Shown here: positions 7,699-17,444 of the stretch, piece after piece
Layout: every line of letters starts with the position of its first letter
Position numbering within the stretch: position 1 is the first letter of the stretch
DNA from: Alphaproteobacteria bacterium
Lineage (GTDB): Bacteria > Pseudomonadota > Alphaproteobacteria > CAAHEQ01 > UBA3637
Direction of reading: 5' to 3'
Assembly (NCBI GenBank): GCA_045118155.1
Contig: JBGUXS010000078.1
Span: 443 to 64,442 of the forward strand
Length of the DNA: 64,000 nt
The notes under the pieces: model-generated
What the model saw: the letters and a program-made list of their open reading frames with translations, nothing else
Database searches by the model: none
What the model was told of the DNA's origin: nothing
Made by a program: the position numbers and the translations under genes

Positions 7699-9510
7699 TT
7701 AGTCCCGTGTTACTTCGGGAAGGGTAAAATTATTTTCATCAAAAACACAGTATGTTTCAACCCGGGCGCTTAACGTATTGTCCCCCAAAGTTCCCCCTGT
7801 AAAATTCGTGGAACCCGCCCCCGTAACATAGCCAACTTCTATCCCCCATACTCTGGCAATATCCGCTTCGGTTTCTGCCTTTGCTTTATGAACATTATTA
7901 ACAGCCACAGCCACCGTATAGCGCGACACATTTGCATTTGTGACATTTGTGGTAGATCCATTTGTTACACCTTCAAAACTGTTCAAAACGTCCTTTCCGG
8001 TTGTTCGGATCGGGGTAACCACCAAAGCGGCCTTATATCCGGCCGGGCATGCTGGCGTTGTCACATTTGCCCGCAAGCAATTGTTCGTATATCCACTACA
8101 GTTCCCTAAATTAGCTTCTGTCGTTAATTCGGTAATAGATTTTGAAACATAATTCGGCAAGATATCACTTAATCTCGCCCCACCACGAGAAGCCAACTTA
8201 ACATCATTCATCACAGACGTATAAGCTGGATCTACCTGATAATGATCATACGTTTCTGATTCATTAGCAGCTTGAGCATCCACAAATTCAACGGATGAAT
8301 CAATACCTTTTGCAGACACGACTGCATTTTCTACTAACTGACCATCTGCATCATAAGCATTCAGCGTAACTTTCCCCTTGGAAGATCCATCTGTGGCTTC
8401 TTCAGCTTCGGCCTTTAAGACATCACGTCCGGCACTATCTCTGGTAATAATCTGCCCATTAGCATTGACAATAACCCGACGTTTGCCCGTGGCATCATAA
8501 ACGGTCACTGCCCGCTTGTCATTATCCACAGGATCAGTGGAAATAACGGCCGTTGAAACAAAGGCTTGAATTGTTTCCCCATCGTTCACGGGATCATCCA
8601 TAGAAACCGCTTGACGTCCTACATGCAAATCATTGCGGACATAAACATTCCCCGGGGTTCCTGCCAATCCTTCATCCGTTCCGTTTTCAAGATGTTCTGC
8701 CCCTACCCAAAATAAGGGGGCACATTCTTCCCCTGCATCCAAAATTGTATAACCGGTTGCATCTTTTCTAAAGCAATTCGTATTTCCTTCGCCAATAGAA
8801 AAATAGCTCCAAGCATGCAAGTTTTTGAAAGCGGCTTCATCTTCTAAAGAAGAAAAGAGTGCCCCTTCATCAAATCCAGTAAATGCAACATAAGACGGGC
8901 TTACCACAGGTTCCATCATCAAAGATGCCCCTTCTAATTCCCAAGTTCCCATGGTGCCTACAAAATTATCCCCTTGGACGATACCCCCATCAGCCCCAAT
9001 CAAGGCAGCGATACTAGCCGCCCGCTTTAAATTCCATGTTCCTTGCGGCAGTGCCGATGCTTTAGGTAAGATAACTCCATAAAAAGAGGTCCCAACTTTT
9101 GCCCCTTCCGTATTTTCTAAATTTTTCCCAAAAAGGTAAAAATTGTATTTTTCAGCCGTACTTGATGTCAAAACATCCCCTGTGTACGTGTTATAGGTCA
9201 CTGGTAAGTATGTTGCCACATTTTTCCACAACGTGTTATATGAACAATTGGAAGTTTCTGTTCCAGACAATGCACAAACCCCACCACCGGCTGTGGCTAA
9301 TTCTTCAAGTTGCCTATGTTGCGTTTGGATAAAAGAGGAAAAAGCTTCCTTCATCGTACGCATTTCGGTCGCTACATTAACATTGGCTAGTTCCCGATTA
9401 CGTTGTGCCACTTGCCTATACAAAACAGGTCCCAACACCGCCAAGATCCCTAAGACGGCAATAGCTTCTATCATAATAGACCCAGATTGGGTTTTTACAG
9501 CTTTTTTCAT
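7699..9510 (-). CDS. large (603 aa) prepilin-type (class III signal peptide) protein, TadG/pseudopilin/minor-pilin-like putative adhesin
   Basis: N-terminus MKKAVKTQSG|SIMIEAIAVLGILAVLG: basic leader ending in Gly, Glu at +5, then a hydrophobic helix. The remainder is Thr/Asn/Gly/Asp-rich and predicted extracellular. Confidence 0.65.
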   Translation of the reverse strand: MKKAVKTQSGSIMIEAIAVLGILAVLGPVLYRQVAQRNRELANVNVATEMRTMKEAFSSFIQTQHRQLEELATAGGGVCALSGTETSNCSYNTLWKNVATYLPVTYNTYTGDVLTSSTAEKYNFYLFGKNLENTEGAKVGTSFYGVILPKASALPQGTWNLKRAASIAALIGADGGIVQGDNFVGTMGTWELEGASLMMEPVVSPSYVAFTGFDEGALFSSLEDEAAFKNLHAWSYFSIGEGNTNCFRKDATGYTILDAGEECAPLFWVGAEHLENGTDEGLAGTPGNVYVRNDLHVGRQAVSMDDPVNDGETIQAFVSTAVISTDPVDNDKRAVTVYDATGKRRVIVNANGQIITRDSAGRDVLKAEAEEATDGSSKGKVTLNAYDADGQLVENAVVSAKGIDSSVEFVDAQAANESETYDHYQVDPAYTSVMNDVKLASRGGARLSDILPNYVSKSITELTTEANLGNCSGYTNNCLRANVTTPACPAGYKAALVVTPIRTTGKDVLNSFEGVTNGSTTNVTNANVSRYTVAVAVNNVHKAKAETEADIARVWGIEVGYVTGAGSTNFTGGTLGDNTLSARVETYCVFDENNFTLPEVTRD

Positions 9511-9536
9511 GTGGCATTACCCCCTAATTTTTTCCT

Positions 9537-9565
9537 ATTATACACCTTTTTTTATTAAAAGTCAA
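9537..9565 (-). promoter_or_regulatory. consensus sigma70 promoter: TTGACT (9565-9560), 17 nt, TATAAT (9542-9537), driving the pilin-like/OMP genes
   Basis: Minus-strand sequence aaaaatacTTGACTtttaataaaaaaaggtgTATAATagg, followed by RBS agggggtaatgccacATG. Confidence 0.6.
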
Positions 9566-9662
9566 GTATTTTTAAAAAATCCCCCCTCAATTCTCATTCA
9601 ATCACTTTCTGCTTGAGTTTTTTTAGAAAAGAACTATCCTTCAGGACAGGAAGAGGTGCTTT

Positions 9663-10118
9663 ATGTCATATATTACACGAACGCTTGGGGAAGACGAAAA
9701 AGTTCAAGTTGTCGCTAAATTACATTGGATTTGCTATGTTTATCCGACCCTACTTCTTTGCTTATGTTTATTCTGTGGTTTACTGGGATTAGGGGCTAAT
9801 CCTGTTTTCTTACTAATCAGCTTTCTGATTGGGCTTTTGGCTTTTTACCATTTTTTAAATTTAAACGCCATAGAAATGGTTGTCACCAACAGACGGGTTG
9901 TCTGTCGCAAGGGTATTATTGGGATTAAAACTTGGGAACTAAAAAACAATAAGGTAGAATCCATAGAAGTCAAGCAATCTCTAAAAGGGCGTATTCTAGG
10001 TTATGCAACCTTATGGTTTTCTGGCACAGGCACTTCCAAGGTGTGCTTTCAAAACATTAAAAATCCTTGGTCCCTAAAGAAAAAAATAGATTTGATCATT
10101 GGGAAAGACGAAGATTGA
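9663..10118 (+). CDS. bacterial PH-domain (bPH_2, YdbS-like) membrane protein
   Basis: Two TM helices, then NRRVVCRKGIIGIKTWEL...SIEVKQSLKGRILGYATLWF, typical of DUF304/bPH_2. Confidence 0.65.
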   Translation: MSYITRTLGEDEKVQVVAKLHWICYVYPTLLLCLCLFCGLLGLGANPVFLLISFLIGLLAFYHFLNLNAIEMVVTNRRVVCRKGIIGIKTWELKNNKVESIEVKQSLKGRILGYATLWFSGTGTSKVCFQNIKNPWSLKKKIDLIIGKDED

Positions 10119-10150
10119 AAAATGGGCTTGAAAACCAAGCCCATTTTTTG
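10119..10150. terminator. bidirectional rho-independent terminator between the PH-domain gene (+) and rpsI (-)
   Basis: aaaATGGGCTTGaaaacCAAGCCCATtttttt: 9-bp stem, 5-nt loop, with an A-tract on the 5' side and a T-tract on the 3' side. Confidence 0.6.
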
Positions 10151-10163
10151 ATAACCCCAATTT

Positions 10164-10652
10164 TTAACGTTTGGAGAATTGGAACCGTTTTCTGGCCTTG
10201 GAGAACCCAGGCTTTTTCCGTTCCACCACCCGAGAATCCCGTGTTAAGAAACCGGCCCGTTTTAATAAGGTATGAAGTTCTGGTTCAAATAAATCCAAGC
10301 ATTTACTGATCCCATGACGCAAAGCATAAGCTTGCCCAGACAAACCACCACCACAAACGGTACATTGGACATCAAATTCACCAGCCCGGTTCGTAACCAT
10401 AAATGGTTGATTGATAATCATTTGCAACACTGGGCGTGGGAAATATTCAGCCATTTTCCGATCATTAACCGTGATAGTTCCTTTCCCCGGTTTAATTATC
10501 ACGCGGGCAATAGCATTTTTCTTTTTACCCGTGGCCTGAGAACGTCCCAAAGCGTCTTTCTTAGGTTGTCTTTTCGGTGCTTGTTCAGCCGCCGCCGGTG
10601 CTTCTGTCACCGTCTTTAAATCTTGCATTGATGTTACTGTTTCTTTTGTCAT
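10164..10652 (-). CDS. rpsI: 30S ribosomal protein S9
   Basis: C-terminus ...[18 protein letters not shown]. The N-terminal extension may be over-called. Confidence 0.9.
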   Translation of the reverse strand: MTKETVTSMQDLKTVTEAPAAAEQAPKRQPKKDALGRSQATGKKKNAIARVIIKPGKGTITVNDRKMAEYFPRPVLQMIINQPFMVTNRAGEFDVQCTVCGGGLSGQAYALRHGISKCLDLFEPELHTLLKRAGFLTRDSRVVERKKPGFSKARKRFQFSKR

Positions 10653-11128
10653 TAAGCACCTCTTTTATTCTTCGGATTTTTAGAAGCAATATCCAACGGG
10701 GTCGGATTTTGCGCCTGATGCGTATGTTCTGCCCCAGCAAAAACACGTAATTTCGTCATTTGTTTTGCCCCTAATGGGTTCCGAGAAATCATGCGTTTTA
10801 CCGCCCGAAATAAAACCTCTTCAGGATGCTTTTCAAACATTTCTTTGATGGTTGTTTCTTTCAATCCACCCAAGTATCCTGAATAGTTATAATACATTTT
10901 TTCTGCCATTTTTTTGCCGGTCAATTTGACCTTAGCCGCATTAATGACCACCACATAGTCCCCGCAATCCTGACTAGGGGTATAACATGGTTTATTCTTC
11001 CCCCGTAAAATTGTGGCAATCTGACTGGCCAAACGCCCTAACACAACACCGTCGGCATCCACCAAATACCATTTGACATCACAATCCGCCGGTTTAAGGG
11101 TTTTCGTTGTTTTTGTTAATGTTGTCAT
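10652..11128 (-). CDS. rplM: 50S ribosomal protein L13
   Basis: [26 protein letters not shown]... Confidence 0.92.
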   Translation of the reverse strand: MTTLTKTTKTLKPADCDVKWYLVDADGVVLGRLASQIATILRGKNKPCYTPSQDCGDYVVVINAAKVKLTGKKMAEKMYYNYSGYLGGLKETTIKEMFEKHPEEVLFRAVKRMISRNPLGAKQMTKLRVFAGAEHTHQAQNPTPLDIASKNPKNKRGA

Positions 11129-11157
11129 TTGTCATCCTTTTTAAATAATACGTTTTT

Positions 11158-11185
11158 ATTTTAACGTATTTTTTACGAAAGTCAA
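11158..11185 (-). promoter_or_regulatory. putative rplM-rpsI promoter: TTGACT (11185-11180), 16 nt, TAAAAT (11163-11158)
   Basis: Same aaaatacTTGACTtt context as the other promoters in the window. Confidence 0.45.
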
Positions 11186-11203
11186 GTATTTTTTATGTTT
11201 TTT

Positions 11204-11227
11204 GGTGCGGTAATATTATACCGCACC
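11204..11227. other. perfect 24-nt palindrome / 10-bp stem hairpin GGTGCGGTAATATTATACCGCACC in the pnp-rplM spacer
   Basis: Perfect inverted repeat flanked by TTTTTT on the 5' side and AAAAA on the 3' side (plus sense). These flanks are the reverse of a canonical terminator. Confidence 0.5.
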
Positions 11228-11235
11228 AAAAATAC

Positions 11236-13428
11236 TTAATCTTCTTTATTTTCTAGCTTTTGTTCTTCAGTTTTTTCGGATTTATGCTCTTTTTCAGGTT
11301 TTTCTGCCTTTTCCGGCACAGGAATTTCTTCCCCTGTTTCCTGATTAACACACTTCATACTCAAACGAATTTTGCCTTTTTCAAGCCCCATGAATTTGAC
11401 CTTAACACGATCACCTTCTTTTAGAACATCAGTAACTTGTTTTACACGATGTTGGGCAATTTCAGAAATATGTACCAATCCGTCTTGCTTGCCACAGAAG
11501 TTCACAAAAGCCCCAAAATCCATGATTTTCACAACGGTTCCATCATAAATTTGACCAATTTCAGGTTCTGCCACAATATTTTTAATCATGGCTAAAGCTT
11601 TCTGGGCAGATTCTTCAGATAAAGAAGCAATTTGAATCACCCCATTATCATCAATATCAATTTTAGCCCCAGATTGTTCCACAATATCCCGAATCGTTTT
11701 ACCCCCAGATCCAATCACATCTTTAATTTTATCTTTGGCAATTTGGATTAAGGTAAGGCGTGGAGCATGAGCGCTAATTTCTGTCCGAGGTCCCTGCAAT
11801 GTTTCAGCAATTTTTCCCAAGATGAATAACCGCCCTTCTTTAGCTTGTTTTAAGGCTTTTTCCATAATTTCACGTGTAATGGATGTAATTTTAATATCCA
11901 TTTGCAAAGCGGTTACCCCATCGGCAGTTCCAGCCACTTTAAAATCCATATCCCCTAGGTGATCTTCATCCCCCATAATATCGGATAGGATAACAAAGTT
12001 ATCGGCTTCTTTCACAAGCCCCATTGCAATCCCCGCGACTGGCTTTTTCAAAGGGACCCCAGCATCCATTAATGCCAATGTTCCCCCACAAACCGTCGCC
12101 ATAGAAGAAGAACCGTTAGATTCCATAATATCTGAAACTACCCGAATGGAATAAGGGAATTCTTCCTTACTAGGCAACATCGGGTGCAATGCCCGCCAAG
12201 CCAATTTTCCGTGACCGATTTCACGACGTCCCGGACTACCAAGGCGACCAACTTCCCCCACAGAATACGGTGGAAAGTTATAGTGGAGTAAGAAACTTTC
12301 CTTATATTCCCCAGATAGGCAATCCACCACTTGTTCATCATCCGCAGTCCCCAACGTTGCTGTCACTAACGCTTGAGTTTCCCCACGCGTGAATAAAGCC
12401 GATCCATGCGCCCGACTTAACAATCCAACTTCGCTTTCAATCGGCCGAATAGTTTTTGTATCCCGCCCATCAATACGAATCCCCGTGTTTAAAACCGCTT
12501 CCCGCATAACTTTGGATTCCAAAGAATGGAAAATTTGATCACACATGTAAGGTTCCACATCTGGATTGTCGGCAAATAAACCTTGAGCCTTTTCCCGTAA
12601 TTCCGCAAGTTTATCAAGTCTAACCAATTTTTCGTGAATTTGGTAAGCCGCGGCAATATCTGCCCGCAATTCTTTTTCCAATGTTTGTTCCACTAAATCA
12701 AAAGAAGCTGGCTTTTCTGGAACTTCCCAAGCATCTTTAGCACATTCTTCAGCAAGTTCAATAATCATTTTGATAACGGGCTTTAATTGTTCATGCCCAA
12801 AATAAACCGCTTGCAACATGACATCTTCTGGTAATTCTTGTGCTTCGGATTCAACCATTAACACCCCTTCAAGGGTTCCGGCTACAACCAAATCCAACGC
12901 GGATTTTTCAAGATCTTTTGGACTAGGATTTAAGACATAATTTCCATCAATATACCCAACACGTGCCCCCGCGATAGGTCCTAAAAAAGGCAAGCCGGAT
13001 AACGTCAAGGCCGCGGATGACGCAATCATTGCCACAATATCAGCTTGCGTTTCTTTTTCAAAGTTAATTAATGTCGCGGTTACTTGTGTTTCGTTGTTAA
13101 AACCTTTTACAAACAAAGGCCGAATAGGCCGATCAATTAACCGTGATGTTAAAATTTCGTATTCACTAGGCTTTCCTTCCCGTTTGAAAAAGCCCCCAGG
13201 GAAACGCCCCGCCGCATATGTTTTTTCCTGATAATTCACCGTTAGCGGAATAAAATCTTCAAATTTTTCTGGTGGAACCTTACTGGCACATACGGCTGCA
13301 TGTACCATTGTTTCCCCGTATTTTACAATAACGGAACCATCTGCCTGACGTCCAATCTTACCTGTTTCAATACTTAAGGTTTTGTCTCCCCATTGAATTT
13401 CTTTACGATAAATTTTAAATAATGACAT
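11236..13428 (-). CDS. pnp: polynucleotide phosphorylase
   Basis: RNase PH domains, KH and S1 domains. K/E-rich C-terminal extension ([25 protein letters not shown]). Confidence 0.95.
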   Translation of the reverse strand: MSLFKIYRKEIQWGDKTLSIETGKIGRQADGSVIVKYGETMVHAAVCASKVPPEKFEDFIPLTVNYQEKTYAAGRFPGGFFKREGKPSEYEILTSRLIDRPIRPLFVKGFNNETQVTATLINFEKETQADIVAMIASSAALTLSGLPFLGPIAGARVGYIDGNYVLNPSPKDLEKSALDLVVAGTLEGVLMVESEAQELPEDVMLQAVYFGHEQLKPVIKMIIELAEECAKDAWEVPEKPASFDLVEQTLEKELRADIAAAYQIHEKLVRLDKLAELREKAQGLFADNPDVEPYMCDQIFHSLESKVMREAVLNTGIRIDGRDTKTIRPIESEVGLLSRAHGSALFTRGETQALVTATLGTADDEQVVDCLSGEYKESFLLHYNFPPYSVGEVGRLGSPGRREIGHGKLAWRALHPMLPSKEEFPYSIRVVSDIMESNGSSSMATVCGGTLALMDAGVPLKKPVAGIAMGLVKEADNFVILSDIMGDEDHLGDMDFKVAGTADGVTALQMDIKITSITREIMEKALKQAKEGRLFILGKIAETLQGPRTEISAHAPRLTLIQIAKDKIKDVIGSGGKTIRDIVEQSGAKIDIDDNGVIQIASLSEESAQKALAMIKNIVAEPEIGQIYDGTVVKIMDFGAFVNFCGKQDGLVHISEIAQHRVKQVTDVLKEGDRVKVKFMGLEKGKIRLSMKCVNQETGEEIPVPEKAEKPEKEHKSEKTEEQKLENKED

Positions 13429-13485
13429 ATTTTCTCTTTCCTTCCAATAAAAAGGGCCTTTACCCTTGCAAAGGCCCTGACAAAC

Positions 13486-13755
13486 TTACTTGCGCAAACC
13501 TAAGCGCCGTAAAATATCTTCATACCTCTTCACTTCTTTCTTTTTCAGGTATGTAAGCAGTGACCGTCGTTCTGCCACCATTTTCAACAATCCACGCCGT
13601 GAATGGAAATCCTTAGCATGTGTTTTCATGTGTTCTGATAAGTCCTTAATCCGTTCGGTTAAAATAGCAATTTGAACCTCTGGTGAACCGGTATCAGTTG
13701 GTGACAAAGCAAATTCTTTGATCAACTGTTGTTTTTTTTCTTTACTTAACGACAT
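13486..13755 (-). CDS. rpsO: 30S ribosomal protein S15
   Basis: 89 aa, ...[23 protein letters not shown]... Confidence 0.92.
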   Translation of the reverse strand: MSLSKEKKQQLIKEFALSPTDTGSPEVQIAILTERIKDLSEHMKTHAKDFHSRRGLLKMVAERRSLLTYLKKKEVKRYEDILRRLGLRK

Positions 13756-14668
13756 CCTCTATCCTTTCTATTTGTTCAATTAACATTCGTTTTGGCTTCA
13801 AGATGTATCCATCCCAAAAGGCCAACACCACACTTTGATTCTGCCAAGTCACAAGAACCATTCCCTTTTTTTCTGGGAGAAGTCCCTGCTTTACACGCAA
13901 TGCCTGTCCTTGGCACAACCGCCTTGCTTCTTCTTCCGAAACGGCCAGAACCAAGATGTCGTCCAGTACGGTCGCAATCGGTTTCAATAACAAGACTCTG
14001 GCATTATACTCTAGTTTTTCAATAAAATCAAGTGAAATCTCTTCCTTTGCCGTAAAGCACCCACAAGAGGTCCGACATAATTTTGAAATTGTGCCACAAC
14101 TCCCTAAGGCCAAGGCCAAATCTCGTCCCAAAGAACGAACATATGTCCCTTTGGAACAACGTACAGAAAAACTAGCTTCATGCCCCGCTTTTTTTAATAA
14201 TTTCAATTCATAAATCTGAATTTCCCTAGAGGCCAATTCAACCTTTTCCCCATTGCGGGCCAAAGCATAGGCCCGCTTTCCCCCTACTTTAAGGGCACTA
14301 TATACGGGGGGAACTTGACGAATTTTCCCTAAAAACTTGGGTAAAATTGCCCTAATTTCCTTTGCCGTTGGAATATAGGTACTTTGGGAAATAACTTCCC
14401 CTTCCAAATCATCGGTAGTGGTCTGTACCCCAAAACGAATGGTAAAATCATAGGCTTTTTCCCCATCCATCACATAAGGAATTAATTTTGTTGCTTTTCC
14501 AAATGCAATCGGCAGCACCCCTGTTGCCAGTGGGTCCAAAGTCCCTGTATGCCCTATTTTAGCAGGATGATAAAGGCGTTTCAAACGCCCAACCACCTGT
14601 GCAGACGTCAAACCCGCTGGTTTATCAATAACCAACCATCCAGATAAAAAATTAATTTCCTTAGGCAT
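13742..14668 (-). CDS. truB: tRNA pseudouridine(55) synthase
   Basis: [17 protein letters not shown]...[16 protein letters not shown]. Confidence 0.92.
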   Translation of the reverse strand: MPKEINFLSGWLVIDKPAGLTSAQVVGRLKRLYHPAKIGHTGTLDPLATGVLPIAFGKATKLIPYVMDGEKAYDFTIRFGVQTTTDDLEGEVISQSTYIPTAKEIRAILPKFLGKIRQVPPVYSALKVGGKRAYALARNGEKVELASREIQIYELKLLKKAGHEASFSVRCSKGTYVRSLGRDLALALGSCGTISKLCRTSCGCFTAKEEISLDFIEKLEYNARVLLLKPIATVLDDILVLAVSEEEARRLCQGQALRVKQGLLPEKKGMVLVTWQNQSVVLAFWDGYILKPKRMLIEQIERIEDVVK

Positions 14669-15059
14669 GGGCCACCAATGAACGTACCCGTTCTACCATA
14701 GAAAAAAAACCATTCCGACGCGTGGGGGATAAATGATCTTCTAGACCTAAATCCTTAAAAATCCGTTCTATATCCAATTCCCGAATAAAAGCAGCTGTTT
14801 GCCCATTAATTAGGGAAAGTAAAATAGCCTCTAACCCCCGTACAATAAAGGCATCGCTATCGGCAACAAAAAAGAACTTATCCCCTTTTTGCTGAACAGT
14901 AATCCACACTTGTGATTGGCATCCTTGGACCTTATGGGCTTCTGTTTTATCTTCTTCTGGCATCGGGGGTAAACTCTGTCCTAATTCAATTAGGTATTGG
15001 TATTTTTCTTCCCAATCCGTAAATAAAGAAAAATTATCAATTAATTCCTGTTCTGTCAT
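14661..15059 (-). CDS. sufE: SufE-like cysteine desulfuration (sulfur acceptor) protein
   Basis: VQGCQSQVWI active-site Cys motif. 132 aa. Confidence 0.8.
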   Translation of the reverse strand: MTEQELIDNFSLFTDWEEKYQYLIELGQSLPPMPEEDKTEAHKVQGCQSQVWITVQQKGDKFFFVADSDAFIVRGLEAILLSLINGQTAAFIRELDIERIFKDLGLEDHLSPTRRNGFFSMVERVRSLVAHA

Positions 15060-16462
15060 TCAATGTTTTTTAATCCTTCTAGTGTTAATTTTACCTTTAT
15101 TATATCAACACTGCGATTTTTTTCATCAAAAATACGCTTATCCTCTTGTAAAAAAGGACGTAAGTCTTTTAATAATCCAGCATCTTCAGTAGCTTGACAC
15201 GCTGAATTTTGTAAAAATTCTTTTTCTTGAGGGGTTGTTTGAACCGCCACATTTTGTAAATAGGTTTGCATCAAAGTACATTGTTCTTCATCAATCGGTT
15301 TGGCTGGGGGAGAAATAGCATCAAAATTCCGAATAAGAAATTCAATATCTCCAACGGGTTTTTCCTTTTCAATCTGTCCTGTAAAATGCACATCTATAAC
15401 CGCTTGTACACTTTCCAAACTTCCTTTAACATCCAAATCAGCCCCTTTTAGCAGCCCCCAAGAAAAATCTTTAGAAAGCAATTGTTCTACTAATATTTCA
15501 CGATCAAACTTTTTGGCTTTGATAACTAATTTTCCCTTTTCTGGGATAAACCCTTTGGTCGGGACATTCCCTATACACGCGAATGTTAGGTTAATTTCAG
15601 CTTCCTCCCCCTTAAATTCTACTTGCCCTTCTACCTGCGTTAAAATAATCTTTCTGGGGTAAACGGGAAATACTAAATCCGCCTGTGGTATTTCAAATTC
15701 AATTTTTCCTGTATCCGCCAATAACCATGCATTATGTAAAATAGGGGCTAATCCCTGAAACCGTGCTTTTTCCGTTAAAGAAGCCACCGTCCCTTGCACT
15801 TCTTTCCCCGTAAATGTCAACCCCAAAAGGGAGGCTTTTTGTTCAATAACGGGAACATGCCCCAAAAAAGAAAACATATATTTGCCGTTTGCTTCATCCA
15901 CTTTCAATTGCCATTCGGGGCGCGTCAGGTGTACATGGCTAGCACTCCACCGATCTTCGGCAATCAAATCCCAATACGGGTGCCATTTAAATTCATTTTG
16001 CCACTTTTCAACATAGAAAAAATTGGGTTCAAATACCGCGGTTGCAAAACCTTCTAGTTGTTCTTTTGGGGGAAAGTGTCCCCGATATAACGTCGTCCCT
16101 TCTAATTGCCCATCTGGGGTCAATAATACCCCTTGTGTAGGGAAAGTCATTTCATCCGGTGTTTCTTTAAGTGGCATCCAAACGGTCAGAACTTTTTTCT
16201 TCAAGTCTAAATCATTCTTCACAGATGCTTCTGGCAATATTAAACTTGCTTGATCGGCTCGTTGTTGCAAAACAGCCCCCGAAATCCCCAATGCCTTTAA
16301 CTTCGCCCTTAGGGCCTTAGCCAAAGTATCATGATCCGGTCGTGTCAACACAGTGGATGGGGTTACGTAAGACATAGCATTAGGGAAAAAACGCGTTAAC
16401 ACCGCGCCTTGCAAAGCAACTGCCCCTACAAGAGCCAGACGTCCCAATAATTTTGCTAACAT
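15056..16462 (-). CDS. hypothetical secreted/periplasmic protein, 468 aa
   Basis: N-terminal signal-like MLAKLLGRLALVGAVALQGAV. No recognised motifs. Overlaps the sufE start by 4 nt. Confidence 0.55.
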   Translation of the reverse strand: MLAKLLGRLALVGAVALQGAVLTRFFPNAMSYVTPSTVLTRPDHDTLAKALRAKLKALGISGAVLQQRADQASLILPEASVKNDLDLKKKVLTVWMPLKETPDEMTFPTQGVLLTPDGQLEGTTLYRGHFPPKEQLEGFATAVFEPNFFYVEKWQNEFKWHPYWDLIAEDRWSASHVHLTRPEWQLKVDEANGKYMFSFLGHVPVIEQKASLLGLTFTGKEVQGTVASLTEKARFQGLAPILHNAWLLADTGKIEFEIPQADLVFPVYPRKIILTQVEGQVEFKGEEAEINLTFACIGNVPTKGFIPEKGKLVIKAKKFDREILVEQLLSKDFSWGLLKGADLDVKGSLESVQAVIDVHFTGQIEKEKPVGDIEFLIRNFDAISPPAKPIDEEQCTLMQTYLQNVAVQTTPQEKEFLQNSACQATEDAGLLKDLRPFLQEDKRIFDEKNRSVDIIKVKLTLEGLKNIE

Positions 16463-16552
16463 ATTACAGTCTCCATCTTAAGCCTACAAGTATTTATGTA
16501 AAATCACAAGTTTTTTCTTTTATTTTTACATAAAGGGTATAAACTTTTCATC

Positions 16553-17224
16553 ATGACATGGGAACTAAAAGAATTTGATGTCGTACTTAGCACAAATGAA
16601 ACAGCTTGCGACTATCCACCGTTTACAGTTGTTATTGCAGGACGACAACTTAAAGGGCGTGGCCGAATGGGACGTGTTTGGCAAAGTCCATTGGGTAATT
16701 TATATGCCAGCTTCGTTTTCCCTAAAACGCAAACGCCTCCTGCTTTTTTATCATTTTTACTAGGGGTTTCTGTTGTTCAAACCTTGCACAAACCTGTTGC
16801 CTTAAAATGGCCAAATGATATTTTGCTCAATGGGAAAAAATGTGGGGGAATTTTATTAGAACAAGAAGACGATAAAATTATTGCTGGTTTAGGTTTAAAT
16901 CTTAGCTCTTGCCCTAAAAGCGGAGTTATGTATCCTGTGACACATCTAGGATATCGGGGAACCCCCGCTCTTTTTACAAAACGTCTATTAAAAAGCATTG
17001 AAAAAAATTATGAACTTTTAGAAACAAAGGGCTTTCCCTATCTTCGGGAAATATGGCTATCGCACGCTTATGGGCTAAAAGGTCCTGTCAAAGCTGTCTT
17101 GCCCAACAAAGAATTAACAGGCATTTTTTACGATTTAACCCCAAATGGGGAACTTGTTCTTATTACCCCAGATAACAAGAAACATCTTATTTCTTGTGGG
17201 GATATCTTTTTTAAGAAACCTTAA
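16553..17224 (+). CDS. birA: biotin-[acetyl-CoA-carboxylase] ligase (group I, no HTH domain)
   Basis: QLKGRGRMGRVWQSPLGNLYASFVF. Confidence 0.85.
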   Translation: MTWELKEFDVVLSTNETACDYPPFTVVIAGRQLKGRGRMGRVWQSPLGNLYASFVFPKTQTPPAFLSFLLGVSVVQTLHKPVALKWPNDILLNGKKCGGILLEQEDDKIIAGLGLNLSSCPKSGVMYPVTHLGYRGTPALFTKRLLKSIEKNYELLETKGFPYLREIWLSHAYGLKGPVKAVLPNKELTGIFYDLTPNGELVLITPDNKKHLISCGDIFFKKP

Positions 17225-17249
17225 CTTATCACTTTTACGTTCGCATACG

Positions 17250-17285
17250 CTCACCGAACTCCCTCAACGTGAGTTCTCATCTTCT
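17250..17285 (+). terminator. possible weak terminator hairpin after birA (GAACTCcctcaacgtGAGTTC followed by a T-rich stretch)
   Basis: 6-bp stem. The 12-nt right arm is also complementary to part of the adjacent tRNA-Ser. Confidence 0.3.
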
Positions 17286-17303
17286 TTAATATTTACCTTG
17301 AAA

Positions 17304-17393
17304 TGGCGGATGGAGTGAGATTCGAACTCACGTTGGGCGTAAACCCAAACACACTTTCCAGGCGTGCGCCTTCAACCACTCGGCCATCCATCC
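17304..17393 (-). tRNA. tRNA-Ser (anticodon GGA), 90 nt, long variable arm, encoded CCA
   Basis: Cloverleaf read by eye from the reverse complement: acceptor GGATGGA/TCCATCC, D-arm GCCGAGTGGTTGAAGGC, anticodon loop CTGGAAA, long variable arm, T-arm GTGAGTTCGAATCTCAC, 3' GCCA. Confidence 0.85.
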
Positions 17394-17444
17394 ACATTGT
17401 TTATTAAAGCATATTTTTACTCAAAAATCAAGAGATATATTTTC

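Noticed and set aside
11204-11227. Calling the pnp-rplM palindrome a rho-independent terminator
   Set aside because: The T-tract is 5' and the A-tract 3' of the hairpin on both strands, the opposite of terminator polarity.
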